Shown: positions 10,385 through 19,306 of the stretch, piece by piece
How the letters are laid out: each line of letters starts with the position of its first letter
How positions within the stretch are numbered: position 1 is the stretch's first letter
Virus record (IMG/VR): IMGVR_UViG_3300042465_007929
Location: 1-64,000 of that record
Origin: a virus
Direction: 5' to 3' (one strand)
Length of the DNA stretch: 64,000 bases
The notes under the pieces: model-generated
Seen by the model: the letters and a program-made list of their open reading frames with translations, nothing else
Told to the model about the DNA's origin: nothing
Databases searched by the model: none
Made by a program: the position numbers and the translations under genes

Positions 10385-11281
10385 ATGTCAATAGATCTTG
10401 GAAATACCCCAGTAGGAACACCGCCGAATCCAACACAGCAAGAACAAATTCGTCTGGCGTTGGACGCTATTACTGATGCTCCTAGTGATGGTGAAAAGTA
10501 TGTGATGCAGGATGGACAATGGGTCTATCTGACTCCTCCGCCAAACAGAGCATATGACATTGATAACATTGTTCTTTTTGAAGAAGCAAGTGACATTATT
10601 CCAAATAATTGGACGAATACTAATCCCGTAGCAGTCGCTAGTGTTGACTTTAAATCAACTCTGACCAGTATCGGAGATGAGGCGTTCTATAGCTGCTCTG
10701 CCCTGACGAGCGTGACGATCCCTAACAGCGTGACCAGCATCGGGGATGATGTGTTCAATAGCTGCTCTGGTTTGACGAGCTTAACCATCGGCAACGGCGT
10801 AACAACTATTGGTAGTGTAAATACAGCATATTCTGGTGCGTTCTATTTATGCACAAGCCTAACGAGCGTGACGATTCCTGACAGCGTCACAAGTCTCGGT
10901 AGTTATTCATTTTATGGCTGTTACGATTTAGTAAGCGTCGTGCTTGGAAATGGATTGACAACTATTAACAACGGTACGTTCCAGTACTGCTCCAGTCTGA
11001 CGAGCATCACGATCCCCAACAGCGTCACCAGCATAGGCAATTATGCGTTCCAAGCCTGCACTGTCTTGACGAGCGTGACGATCCCCAACAGCGTAACTAG
11101 CATCGGACTAAATGCGTTTGCATACAGCGGCCTAACAAGTATCTCTTGCTTGGCAACTACCGCACCAACAATCGGAACTGATGCTTTTTTAAATGTTCTG
11201 GCAACTGAGATTCACGTTCCATTTGGAGCCACTGGATACGGCACAACATATGGTGGCTTGACAGTAATTGCTAATCTTTAA
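10385..11281 (+). CDS. BspA-type LRR_5 protein, paralog 1
   Basis: Repeats LTSVTIPNSVTSIGxxAFxxC; N-terminus IDLGNTPxGTPP with a DAPSDG motif. Confidence 0.9.
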   Translation: MSIDLGNTPVGTPPNPTQQEQIRLALDAITDAPSDGEKYVMQDGQWVYLTPPPNRAYDIDNIVLFEEASDIIPNNWTNTNPVAVASVDFKSTLTSIGDEAFYSCSALTSVTIPNSVTSIGDDVFNSCSGLTSLTIGNGVTTIGSVNTAYSGAFYLCTSLTSVTIPDSVTSLGSYSFYGCYDLVSVVLGNGLTTINNGTFQYCSSLTSITIPNSVTSIGNYAFQACTVLTSVTIPNSVTSIGLNAFAYSGLTSISCLATTAPTIGTDAFLNVLATEIHVPFGATGYGTTYGGLTVIANL

Positions 11282-11310
11282 CACATACAACAATTTTTAA
11301 TTAATTTATT

Positions 11311-12252
11311 ATGGCAATCGATTTAGGAAATACTCCAATAGGAACACCACCCACAACAGGACAAAAGCAACAGATGCGTCAAGCTCTAGTTGCAGTTGGT
11401 AATGCTCCTATTGATGATGAAAAGTATGTTATGTTAGATGGAGAATGGGTCTTCTTGATTCCTAATCAGGCATATGATATTAATAATGTTGTTCTTGTAG
11501 AAGAAACTAGTAATATAATTCCCGACAGTTGGACCAGTGATTATGCTGCTGATGTTACTAGTATACGTTTAATTCCTACATTAACAAGCATCGGAAGTTA
11601 TGCGTTTCAGTCCTGCATTGGCCTGACAAGCGTGACCCTTCCAAACAGCCTTACCAGCATCGGGAGTAATGCGTTCAACTACTGCATCAGCCTGACGAGC
11701 ATAACGATCCCCAATAGCGTCACTAGCATCGGGAGTGATGCGTTTAGTTACTGCGGTCTAACAAGTATCACTGTACCCGCTAGCGTAACTAGCATTGGGA
11801 GTACAGCGTTTGGATACAACCCCAGCCTAACAAGCGCAATTATTAATAATGGCGTTCCATATATTTCCGACGAAATGTTCGGAGGTTGTGGTAACTTAAC
11901 GAGTGTCACTATACCCAACAGCGTCACCTACATCGGAGATTATTCGTTCGGAGGCTGTGGTAGCTTGACGAGTGTGACGATACCAGCCAGTGTAACTATT
12001 CTCAGGTCACAGGCGTTCAAAAGCTGCACTGGCCTGACGAGCGTGACGATCCCTAACAGCGTCACTAGCATCGGACTAGATGCGTTCCAAAACTGCGCCA
12101 GTCTAAGCAGTATCTCTTGCTTGGCAACTACCGCACCAACAATCGGAACTGATGCTTTCTTTGGCGTTTTGGCAACTGAGATTCATGTCCCAATTGGAGC
12201 CACTGGATATGGAACAACGTATGGAGGACTAACAGTCATCGCAGATCTTTGA
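11311..12252 (+). CDS. BspA-type LRR_5 protein, paralog 2
   Basis: Same repeats and the same N- and C-terminal caps. Confidence 0.9.
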   Translation: MAIDLGNTPIGTPPTTGQKQQMRQALVAVGNAPIDDEKYVMLDGEWVFLIPNQAYDINNVVLVEETSNIIPDSWTSDYAADVTSIRLIPTLTSIGSYAFQSCIGLTSVTLPNSLTSIGSNAFNYCISLTSITIPNSVTSIGSDAFSYCGLTSITVPASVTSIGSTAFGYNPSLTSAIINNGVPYISDEMFGGCGNLTSVTIPNSVTYIGDYSFGGCGSLTSVTIPASVTILRSQAFKSCTGLTSVTIPNSVTSIGLDAFQNCASLSSISCLATTAPTIGTDAFFGVLATEIHVPIGATGYGTTYGGLTVIADL

Positions 12253-12283
12253 CGCACATAACAATTTTTAACTTATACTTATC

Positions 12284-13624
12284 ATGGCAATCGATTTAGG
12301 AAATACACCAGTAGGAACACCACCTACATTAGGACAGCAGCAGCAAATACGCGACGCGACTGGCATGATTACTTTTCCGCAAAATGACGGTAAGAAATAT
12401 GTTCGTCTAAATGAAGAATGGGTTCTATTGGCTGTTTATGCGGAGAGTACAGTCTATGACTCAGGCGATGCGGTTGTTTTCACGGAAGCAAGCAATGCTA
12501 TTCCAGATGCTTGGACGTTTAGTGATCGTGAGGCAGTCGCTAGTGTTGACTTTAAATCAACTCTGACCAGCATCGGGAATAATGCGTTCAACTACTGCTC
12601 TGGCCTGACGAGCATTACAATTCCTAATAGCGTGACCAGTCTCGGAGAGGGAGCGTTCTGGGGCTGCTCTGGCTTGACGAGTGTGACGATCCCTAATAGC
12701 GTGACCAGCCTTGGGAGTAGAGCGTTCTATGACTGTGGTGGCCTGACGAGTGTGACGATTGGCAGCGGCGTTACAACGATTAGCAGTAGTGCGTTTGGTT
12801 ACTGCGGCCTAACGAGCCTAACTATCCCCAACAGTGTCACTAGCATCGCGTATGGGGCGTTCTACAGTTGCACTTCCCTGACGAGCGTGACGATCCCGAA
12901 CAGCGTCACTAGCATCGGCGATTATGCATTCTATCGATGCTCTAGCCTGACGAGCGTGACAATCCCCGACAGCGTCACCAGCATCGGGAGTTATGCGTTC
13001 TATGCTTGCTCTGCCCTAACCAGCGTAACAATTCCTAGCAGCGTTACAACGATTGGCAGTAATGCGTTTGGTTACTGCAATAGCCTGACAAACGTGACCA
13101 TCGGTAGCGGCGTTACCAACATCGGGAGTTATTCATTCTATAATTGTGTTAGTCTAACTGCAATCACGGTTAGTTCACTTAATCTTATATATTCAAGTGT
13201 AGATGGAGTTTTATTCGACAAGGATCAAATTACTCTACTTCAATATCCAGAAGGCAACCCCGAATTAACATATTCTATACCCAATAGTGTCATAATTTTA
13301 GAAGGCAATGCTTTCGCTAATTGCCATAACCTGACGAGCGTGATAATTCCCAATAGCGTCACCACCATCGAGACTGCCGCGTTCTTCAACGCCTCTAGCC
13401 TGACAAGCGTGACGATTGGTAGCGGCGTGACCAGCATCGGGGGTCAGGCGTTCTATGGATGCACTAGTCTAAACTATATCGCTTGTTTGGCAACTAACGC
13501 TCCAACAATCCCAATCGACGATGGTGTTTTCGGCAATATTCTGGCAACTGAGATTCATGTTCCAATTGGAGCTACTGGATATGGTACAATTTATGGTGGA
13601 TTAAATGTAGTTCAGGACATATAA
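12284..13624 (+). CDS. BspA-type LRR_5 protein, paralog 3
   Basis: Same architecture with more repeats and a YSSVDGVLF insert. Confidence 0.9.
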   Translation: MAIDLGNTPVGTPPTLGQQQQIRDATGMITFPQNDGKKYVRLNEEWVLLAVYAESTVYDSGDAVVFTEASNAIPDAWTFSDREAVASVDFKSTLTSIGNNAFNYCSGLTSITIPNSVTSLGEGAFWGCSGLTSVTIPNSVTSLGSRAFYDCGGLTSVTIGSGVTTISSSAFGYCGLTSLTIPNSVTSIAYGAFYSCTSLTSVTIPNSVTSIGDYAFYRCSSLTSVTIPDSVTSIGSYAFYACSALTSVTIPSSVTTIGSNAFGYCNSLTNVTIGSGVTNIGSYSFYNCVSLTAITVSSLNLIYSSVDGVLFDKDQITLLQYPEGNPELTYSIPNSVIILEGNAFANCHNLTSVIIPNSVTTIETAAFFNASSLTSVTIGSGVTSIGGQAFYGCTSLNYIACLATNAPTIPIDDGVFGNILATEIHVPIGATGYGTIYGGLNVVQDI

Positions 13625-13633
13625 TATAAATAT

Positions 13634-14431
13634 ATGAATAAAAAAATACATTTTGTTAGCGGTCTTCCTCGTGCGTGTTCTACATTAGTCTGCAATCTTC
13701 TGGCTCAAAATCCAGAAGTTCATGCCACAGCGACTAGTCCTCTTCATGAGATTGGATATATCGCTAGAAAGGTATTCCAGACTGAAGAAGCTAAAGCAAT
13801 CGGCGGCAAGACTTTAGAGAAGATGTATTTTGATTATGTTCGCGGAGGTTGTTCTCACGCATTTGATTCGCTCACTGATCGTCCAATCGTCGCAGATAAA
13901 TGTCGTTCTTATATCGGTCATCTAGATCAACTATTTCAGATTTGGCCAGACGCAAAAGTAATCGTACCAGTGCGAGATGTGAGAGGTATCATTTGCTCCA
14001 TGGAAAAGATTCGCCGCAAACATCCTTCTCCGTTTAATGGCTTCGAAGAAGCAAACCCAGCGAACTTTACGACTATCGAGAAGCGAGTTCAAGGTTGGTT
14101 ATCTTCAGCCCCAGTCGGTATCGCCATCGAAAGACTTCATGAGGCAGTTACTCGCTTCAAAGATCGTTTACATTTTGTGAATGCCGATAAACTTACAGCA
14201 TCGCCTGATAAGGAAATGGCTAAAGTTTGGAGCTACTTAGGTCTAAACTTTAATGATCATGATTTCGAAAACGTCGAGCAATATACTGAAGAATATGATG
14301 TAGGATGGCCATATGGCGACCACAATATCAGATCAACTATTCGCCCACTTGAATTAGACTACAACGAAATTCTAGGAAAACAACTATCAACAACACTCAA
14401 AGAGAAATTTAACTGGATCAACACACTATGA
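13634..14431 (+). CDS. Sulfotransferase family protein
   Basis: FVSGLPRACST 5'-PSB-like loop, DKCR, and VRDVRGIICS 3'-PB-like motif. Confidence 0.85.
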   Translation: MNKKIHFVSGLPRACSTLVCNLLAQNPEVHATATSPLHEIGYIARKVFQTEEAKAIGGKTLEKMYFDYVRGGCSHAFDSLTDRPIVADKCRSYIGHLDQLFQIWPDAKVIVPVRDVRGIICSMEKIRRKHPSPFNGFEEANPANFTTIEKRVQGWLSSAPVGIAIERLHEAVTRFKDRLHFVNADKLTASPDKEMAKVWSYLGLNFNDHDFENVEQYTEEYDVGWPYGDHNIRSTIRPLELDYNEILGKQLSTTLKEKFNWINTL

Positions 14432-14916
14432 AATTTGCAATATTAGGACCACAAGGAGCGGTATTAACCGTTAAAGACACAGCGCCAACATTATCAAGCG
14501 ACTCTCAACAGAGTTTTGTGAAGATATCATCAACATTAGCGACCACTATTCTAAAGGGTAAACAAGCTGAACCCAAAGTTCTTTATTTTTATGAAAATGG
14601 AAAATTCGTAACATTTCAAGAGCGTATGGAGTCAAGACGTTTGGCTGCTCAATTAAATTCATTAAATGCTATGCCTTTATCAAAAAAGATTGAACTTGGC
14701 GAATCACATGTTGAGAAACAAGGATTTGGTGCAGCTCGTCTAGTTACTTGTATGGATCTATTATTACAAGCAAAAGAAACTAATACTATTGCTCAAAAGC
14801 CTAAACTTGTTGCTGTTTATCAATGGTTACAAGAAGTTAAAGCTACAGCGCTTGCTGGATCAATTACTTTTACCTCATCTCCGTTTACGTTTGAGGAAGT
14901 ATTGTCCGAAGCATAA
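14428..14916 (+). CDS. Hypothetical protein
   Basis: Coupled to the sulfotransferase by an ATGA overlap. Confidence 0.6.
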   Translation: MKFAILGPQGAVLTVKDTAPTLSSDSQQSFVKISSTLATTILKGKQAEPKVLYFYENGKFVTFQERMESRRLAAQLNSLNAMPLSKKIELGESHVEKQGFGAARLVTCMDLLLQAKETNTIAQKPKLVAVYQWLQEVKATALAGSITFTSSPFTFEEVLSEA

Positions 14917-14926
14917 ATAAATAAAG

Positions 14927-15621
14927 TGGAGCGGAATGTCAGAGCAAGGTATAAGATTTGATGAAAATTATACATTTTTCAAGAAAAATCGGAAAATCAT
15001 TTCTTTTTTTATGATTTAAATCTTTAGATGAAATTCTCATTATATTCCAACCATTTTTTATTAAATTTGAATCTCTAATAGTATCTTTTGTTTTATCATG
15101 CCATTTTATACCATCATATTCTATATTTATTTTGTAATCTGGTAAAGCTATATCCAGATAAATATTATCGACTTTATATTCTTGTTGTAATTCTGGAAAT
15201 GTTTTCTTTAATTCTTCAAATAAGACATTTTGCCAATAAGATTTTTTGCCAGCACATTTTCTATTTGGATGCTTTTCAGGATTTAATTTAAAAAATTCTT
15301 TTTTTGATAAAGACATTTTTAATTTACTTTCATCGCTTCTTTTTGAACCAAGATTTTTTAAAGATAAAGATTTTTTTCTTTCAAGAGTCCAACCTTCTTT
15401 AAGTTTTTGCTTTCTATCTTCAGTACAAGGCAAAGTTTTTTTACCTTTCATTGGAGATATTCTGCCAGTTGCTTTTTGACTTCTTATCAAATTGATTTCT
15501 TCAGTCCAAATTCTTGAATTAGCGCAAGATCTGGAACAAAAAACACCACTACCAAATGTTCCATCATGATCTATATTACATTTTTTGCATTGCATATAAT
15601 TATTTACACAATCGAACTAAC
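14927..15621 (-). pseudogene. Relic tRNA 3' half (Gly-like) split by the endonuclease cassette
   Basis: 15610-15621 GUUAGUUCGAUU plus 14927-14942 CUGAC-AUUCCGC-U-CCA rebuild a T-arm and an acceptor strand. Confidence 0.75.
14939..15595 (-). mobile_element. Free-standing homing endonuclease (NUMOD3-like + DUF559/Vsr-like PD-(D/E)xK)
   Basis: FCSRSC, SDESKLKMS, EY...LDIALP..KINIEYDG..WH, GWNIMRI. Confidence 0.85.
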
Positions 15622-15637
15622 TTTATGAATTAAAAAA

Positions 15638-15711
15638 TGGTGCGTTATGTGGTAGTCGAAACCACGCTACTAGAGTGGAAGTCTAGTGTGCTACCGTAAC
15701 ACTTATAACGC
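15638..15711 (-). tRNA. tRNA-Gly(UCC), atypical (A8, U53-A61, A73)
   Basis: Cloverleaf GCGUUAU...CU-UCC-AC...AUAACGC-A-CCA. Confidence 0.85.
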
Positions 15712-15716
15712 AAAAT

Positions 15717-15785
15717 TGGTGGATGTTGGGGAATTGAACCCCGTCCGCAATAGTAAACTATTACGTCGAATCCCTATGGACACCC
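15717..15785 (-). ncRNA. Minimal tmRNA tRNA-like domain lacking the mRNA-like domain
   Basis: GGGUGUC-CAUAGGGAUUCGAC-[GUAAUAG UUUA CUAUUGC]-GGAC-GGGGUUCAAUUCCCC-AACAUCC-A-CCA; G3.U70 and A73. Confidence 0.8.
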
Positions 15786-15786
15786 A

Positions 15787-16254
15787 TTAATTTTCTTTAT
15801 TGAACATTACATAATTATGTACTGAAACAATGTAATCTTCTGCAACTGCAAGTTTTCCTTGCATCCATGTTTCTGTAAGATTATTTTGAACTTTTGAATC
15901 ATTTAAAGAATTTAAAATCGCATCACTATGCGATTTAATTGAAGCAAGTGATGAAATAGCCATGCCATAAAGATCTTTCTTAGTTTCAAGCAACTCATCT
16001 TCTGCACTTTCATCTTCCATCTCTGGCGCATTAAGATCAACTTCTTGAGCTTTACTAGTCACAAAATCAAGAAACTCATCATCTCCAGAGCCAACAACTA
16101 CATCAGCAGAAGCCTTGGCTTCATCATACTGAGTATAGCAAATTGCAATACGTTGTTGGTTCTCCTTGAACTTAGGATCTTTTGCAACTTCAGAAATACA
16201 ACGACTAACGAAGTCTTTCTTTTTCTCTTTTTTGCGCGGCTTTGGTAAAGGCAT
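15787..16254 (-). CDS. Hypothetical phage protein (MPLPKP...FVSRC...QRIAICY N-terminal domain)
   Basis: N-terminal motif seen in phage head-related proteins; GTGTAA 8 nt upstream. Confidence 0.6.
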   Translation of the reverse strand: MPLPKPRKKEKKKDFVSRCISEVAKDPKFKENQQRIAICYTQYDEAKASADVVVGSGDDEFLDFVTSKAQEVDLNAPEMEDESAEDELLETKKDLYGMAISSLASIKSHSDAILNSLNDSKVQNNLTETWMQGKLAVAEDYIVSVHNYVMFNKEN

Positions 16255-16262
16255 AATGTTAT

Positions 16263-16517
16263 TTACACTTTATTGTTTAAAAAATTCAAAATGGTCTGTA
16301 AAGCAATCTCTTGATGATTTGCAGTTCTGATAGCAACATCTTCAGACCATGAATGAGAACCATGATAAATCTTCTTTCTCATCAAAACATTAGTATTCAA
16401 ACAAACAAAATCTTCATCCTCCCAACGAAGGACACTTTTTAAGTATTGAATAGTAATTTTACGTTGATTTTCAAAATCAATTTCGATTTCTTTAGGAACT
16501 GAGACTGTGATTTTCAT
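16263..16517 (-). CDS. Hypothetical protein
   Basis: 84-aa ORF. Confidence 0.5.
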   Translation of the reverse strand: MKITVSVPKEIEIDFENQRKITIQYLKSVLRWEDEDFVCLNTNVLMRKKIYHGSHSWSEDVAIRTANHQEIALQTILNFLNNKV

Positions 16518-16528
16518 GATAAAAAAGA

Positions 16529-16551
16529 TGGCGGGTGATATAAGAATAGAA
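16529..16551 (-). pseudogene. Relic tRNA 3' end (Ser-like G73)
   Basis: UUCUAUU-CUUAU-AUCACCC-G-CCA at the boundary of the endonuclease cassette. Confidence 0.6.
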
Positions 16552-16579
16552 AAATACTATTTAAGTGTAATGATACTAT

Positions 16580-17284
16580 ATGAATGTATTATACACTGAG
16601 CTAGATTTTTCTCAAGCTAAATTAAGTGATAAATTAAAATTAAAGTGTTTAACGTGTAATGGTATTTTTTTAAAAAAGAAAAAATATATTATAGATATAA
16701 TAAATCGAGGAGGTCATTTTACTAAAGCTGGAACTGGAGATTTTTGCTCTCATAAATGCTCTTCTTTTTCAAAAGTAAAAGCAAAAGAATGTTCTTGTGT
16801 GAATTGTAATAAATCTTTTATTAAAAAACAAAGTCAAATTAAAAAAACTTCAAATCATTTCTGTTCTAGTTCTTGTGCCGCTTCTTATAATAATAAGAAT
16901 AAAACTCATGGAACTAGAAGATCTAAATTAGAAACTTGGTTAGAAGAAAAACTTACTAATCTTTATCCAAATTTAGAAATACATTTTAATCGTAAAGATA
17001 CAATTAATTCTGAATTAGACATTTATATACCATCTTTTAAATTGGCTGTAGAACTCAATGGAATTTTTCACTATGAACCAATACATGGGATAGAAAAATT
17101 AGAGAAAATACAAAATAATGATGAAAGAAAATTTCAAGCCTGTTTAGAACGAGGTATAGAATTTTGTATTATAGATACTTCTGGTCAAAAGTATTTTAAA
17201 GAATCAACATCTCAGAAATTTTTAAATATTATCTGTGATATAATAAAATCAAAAGAAATGAAGGCGGTGTCAGATTCGAACTGA
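16580..17284 (+). mobile_element. Free-standing homing endonuclease (Zn fingers + PD-(D/E)xK, DUF559-like)
   Basis: CxxC/FCSxxC repeats and ELDIYIPSFKLAVELNGIFHY; stop codon lies inside the antisense tRNA-Ser T-arm. Confidence 0.85.
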
Positions 17285-17348
17285 CGGAAGGCTCGTCACC
17301 TTCTCTACTTTTCAAGAGTAGCGCATTAAACCGCTCTGCCAACCGCCC
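17261..17348 (-). tRNA. tRNA-Ser(UGA)
   Basis: Cloverleaf with long variable arm and CU-UGA-AA loop; G1.U72, no encoded CCA. Confidence 0.9.
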
Positions 17349-17357
17349 ATTTATATA

Positions 17358-17483
17358 TTATCCTTGTCCGCGATACTTTTTTCTATAATTTTTTGATTGT
17401 TTTAGATGAGAAGTCTTGCTTTTAGCATGAATTCCCGGACGCTTCTTGGACTTTACTCCGTTTTTTTGGTTCTTCTTGTTCAT
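17358..17483 (-). CDS. 41-aa highly basic peptide ending YRGQG
   Basis: MNKKNQKNGVKSKKRPGIHAKSKTSHLKQSKNYRKKYRGQG*, below the ORF-track cutoff. Confidence 0.65.
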   Translation of the reverse strand: MNKKNQKNGVKSKKRPGIHAKSKTSHLKQSKNYRKKYRGQG

Positions 17484-17505
17484 TTATTTATGTTTAATTA
17501 GAAAT

Positions 17506-17580
17506 TGGTAGTCCGTCTGGGTTTCGATCCCAGTCTCTCTCACTTATAAGGCAAGTGCATTCCCATCCTGCTCACGGACA
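17506..17580 (-). tRNA. tRNA-Ile(UAU), atypical
   Basis: CU-UAU-AA loop, T-loop AUCGAAA, U1.U72, A73-CCA. Confidence 0.8.
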
Positions 17581-17598
17581 TTTATATGATATAAAAAA

Positions 17599-17671
17599 TA
17601 GGGACGGAGGGAGTTGAACCCTCTATCTAAGGTTTATGAGACCCCCGCATTAACCGTTCTGCTACATCCCT
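17599..17671 (-). tRNA. tRNA CAU (elongator Met or Ile2)
   Basis: AGGGAUG...CU-CAU-AA...CGUCCCU-A cloverleaf. Confidence 0.85.
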
Positions 17672-17676
17672 GAAAA

Positions 17677-17761
17677 TGGTACGAGTAGTCGGACTTGAAC
17701 CGACAAACCTTGCGGCGACAGATTTTAAGTCTGTAGTGTTTACCAATTTCACCATACTCGC
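17677..17761 (-). tRNA. tRNA-Leu(UAA)
   Basis: Cloverleaf with long variable arm, CU-UAA-AA, CCA. Confidence 0.92.
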
Positions 17762-17795
17762 TTTTTGTCTCACTAACTTACTCAGTGATGTTTTT

Positions 17796-17909
17796 ATCTT
17801 ACTGTTAGTTGGCGGGATTGTCAACTAGTTTTTTTATTTTCTTTTTTCCTCTTTGTCAGTGATTGTCTCGCTGATGTCCTTATTATACAGGAATTTGTTG
17901 CTTGGTCAA
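17796..17909 (-). promoter_or_regulatory. Tandem sigma70-like promoters for the Leu-Met-Ile-Ser tRNA block
   Basis: TTGACC-N16-TATAAT (17882-17909) and TTGACA-N17-TAAGAT (17796-17824). Confidence 0.7.
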
Positions 17910-17983
17910 GCAGTTTTTCATAAAAAATCAAAATAAATGTATTTGGTGTAATATTATGCAGAAAACAATAAAAACCCATAAAA

Positions 17984-19306
17984 ATGTCTTCCCCTGAATA
18001 TACTTTTAATCATCTTGGCCAATTATCTCATACTGCGGCAACAATGCCTTGCATATATGATCGTACAAATGATGTGTATAGACCTATAGAAAAAAGTGAT
18101 TTAAGTTTCACTAATTCAGAAGCGCCAACTAATTTTGATGCTTTTGGAAGAATGAGGGTTTGTGAACCATTAACTCTTTTTGAAAGTCAACACAGATATA
18201 GTGATAACGGAAAATGGAATAATCTAATTAGTGGCACTGCTGCAAGTAATTATTTAATAAATGAAAGCTCTGTTCAATTAACCGCTTCAAATGGTGGTTC
18301 AATCACAAGAGAAAGTAATTTAGTTTTCAATTATCAAGCTGGTAAAAGCTTATTGATAATGAGTAGCTTTGCATTTAGCGCATCAACTGTTGGTGTTGAA
18401 CAACGTATAGGATATTTTAATGCATCAAATGGAATTTATCTTTTACAAGATGGACACACAGATGGTGCTGCATTTGTTTTAAGAAGTTATGCTTCTGGCT
18501 CCGTAGTTGAAAGAACGATTCGCCAAAAAGATTGGAATTTTGATAAATTTGATGGAAATGGTGGTTCTGGCCGTGTATTGGATTTGACTAAAGCTAATAT
18601 ATTTTGGATGGACATAGAATGGTTGGGCGTAGGTGCAGTTCGTTGCGGTTTCGTTGTCGATGGAAAATTAATATTGGGTCATATATTTTATAATGATAAT
18701 CGCAATAATACTGTTTATATGACAACCGCAATTTTACCATTAAGGTATTCTTTGTCTAATTCAACAGCTACTAGTCCATTTATCAAACAAATATGTAATA
18801 CAGTAATTAGTGAAGGCGGACATAATCCTGAGTCAATTACATATAATCAAGAATCATCACCAATAACTATTCAACGTACTACATCGTCAGCCGCTGGAGA
18901 TAAAGGAAAATCATATAATGCTATTTCAATACGTTTGACATCTGGAAAATTAGATGGGATAATTATACCTAATGGAATTTCTTTATTAAGTGATAGCGCA
19001 AAATTATATCAATGGTCATTAATTAAAAATGCAACATTTGTTACATCACCAACTTGGCTGGATCATTCTGCATGTATAACTACTCAATATACAGTTACTG
19101 ATTCACAAGTCACTGGAGGTGTGATTGTCAAAGCTGGATATATTACAAATGCTTCCGATTCTTTAGTTTTGAGTGATTTTGGAAGTACTCATTTGCAATT
19201 AGGAAGAACGCTAAGTGGGGTATCTGATACATATACTTTTGCTATAGCATCAGATGCTACTAGCGCAAAATTTAATGCAATTTTAAGTTGGTATCAAATA
19301 ATTTAA
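17984..19306 (+). CDS. Putative virion structural protein (DAFGR motif family)
   Basis: DAFGRMRV...YQAGK...EWLGVGAVRCGF; beta-rich; GTGTAA at 17946. Confidence 0.6.
   Translation: MSSPEYTFNHLGQLSHTAATMPCIYDRTNDVYRPIEKSDLSFTNSEAPTNFDAFGRMRVCEPLTLFESQHRYSDNGKWNNLISGTAASNYLINESSVQLTASNGGSITRESNLVFNYQAGKSLLIMSSFAFSASTVGVEQRIGYFNASNGIYLLQDGHTDGAAFVLRSYASGSVVERTIRQKDWNFDKFDGNGGSGRVLDLTKANIFWMDIEWLGVGAVRCGFVVDGKLILGHIFYNDNRNNTVYMTTAILPLRYSLSNSTATSPFIKQICNTVISEGGHNPESITYNQESSPITIQRTTSSAAGDKGKSYNAISIRLTSGKLDGIIIPNGISLLSDSAKLYQWSLIKNATFVTSPTWLDHSACITTQYTVTDSQVTGGVIVKAGYITNASDSLVLSDFGSTHLQLGRTLSGVSDTYTFAIASDATSAKFNAILSWYQII

Noticed and set aside
10385-13624. Diversity-generating retroelement acting on the LRR genes
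   Set aside because: No reverse transcriptase in the window and differences between copies are not adenine-specific
15717-15785. Half of a two-piece permuted tmRNA, or an ordinary tRNA-Ala
   Set aside because: The 5' and 3' parts are in standard order and joined by a hairpin; there is no D-stem and no 7-nt anticodon loop
17627-17824. 65-aa minus-strand ORF, and ORFs 19283-19483 and 19326-19520
   Set aside because: They overlap tRNA genes and a terminator; most likely spurious
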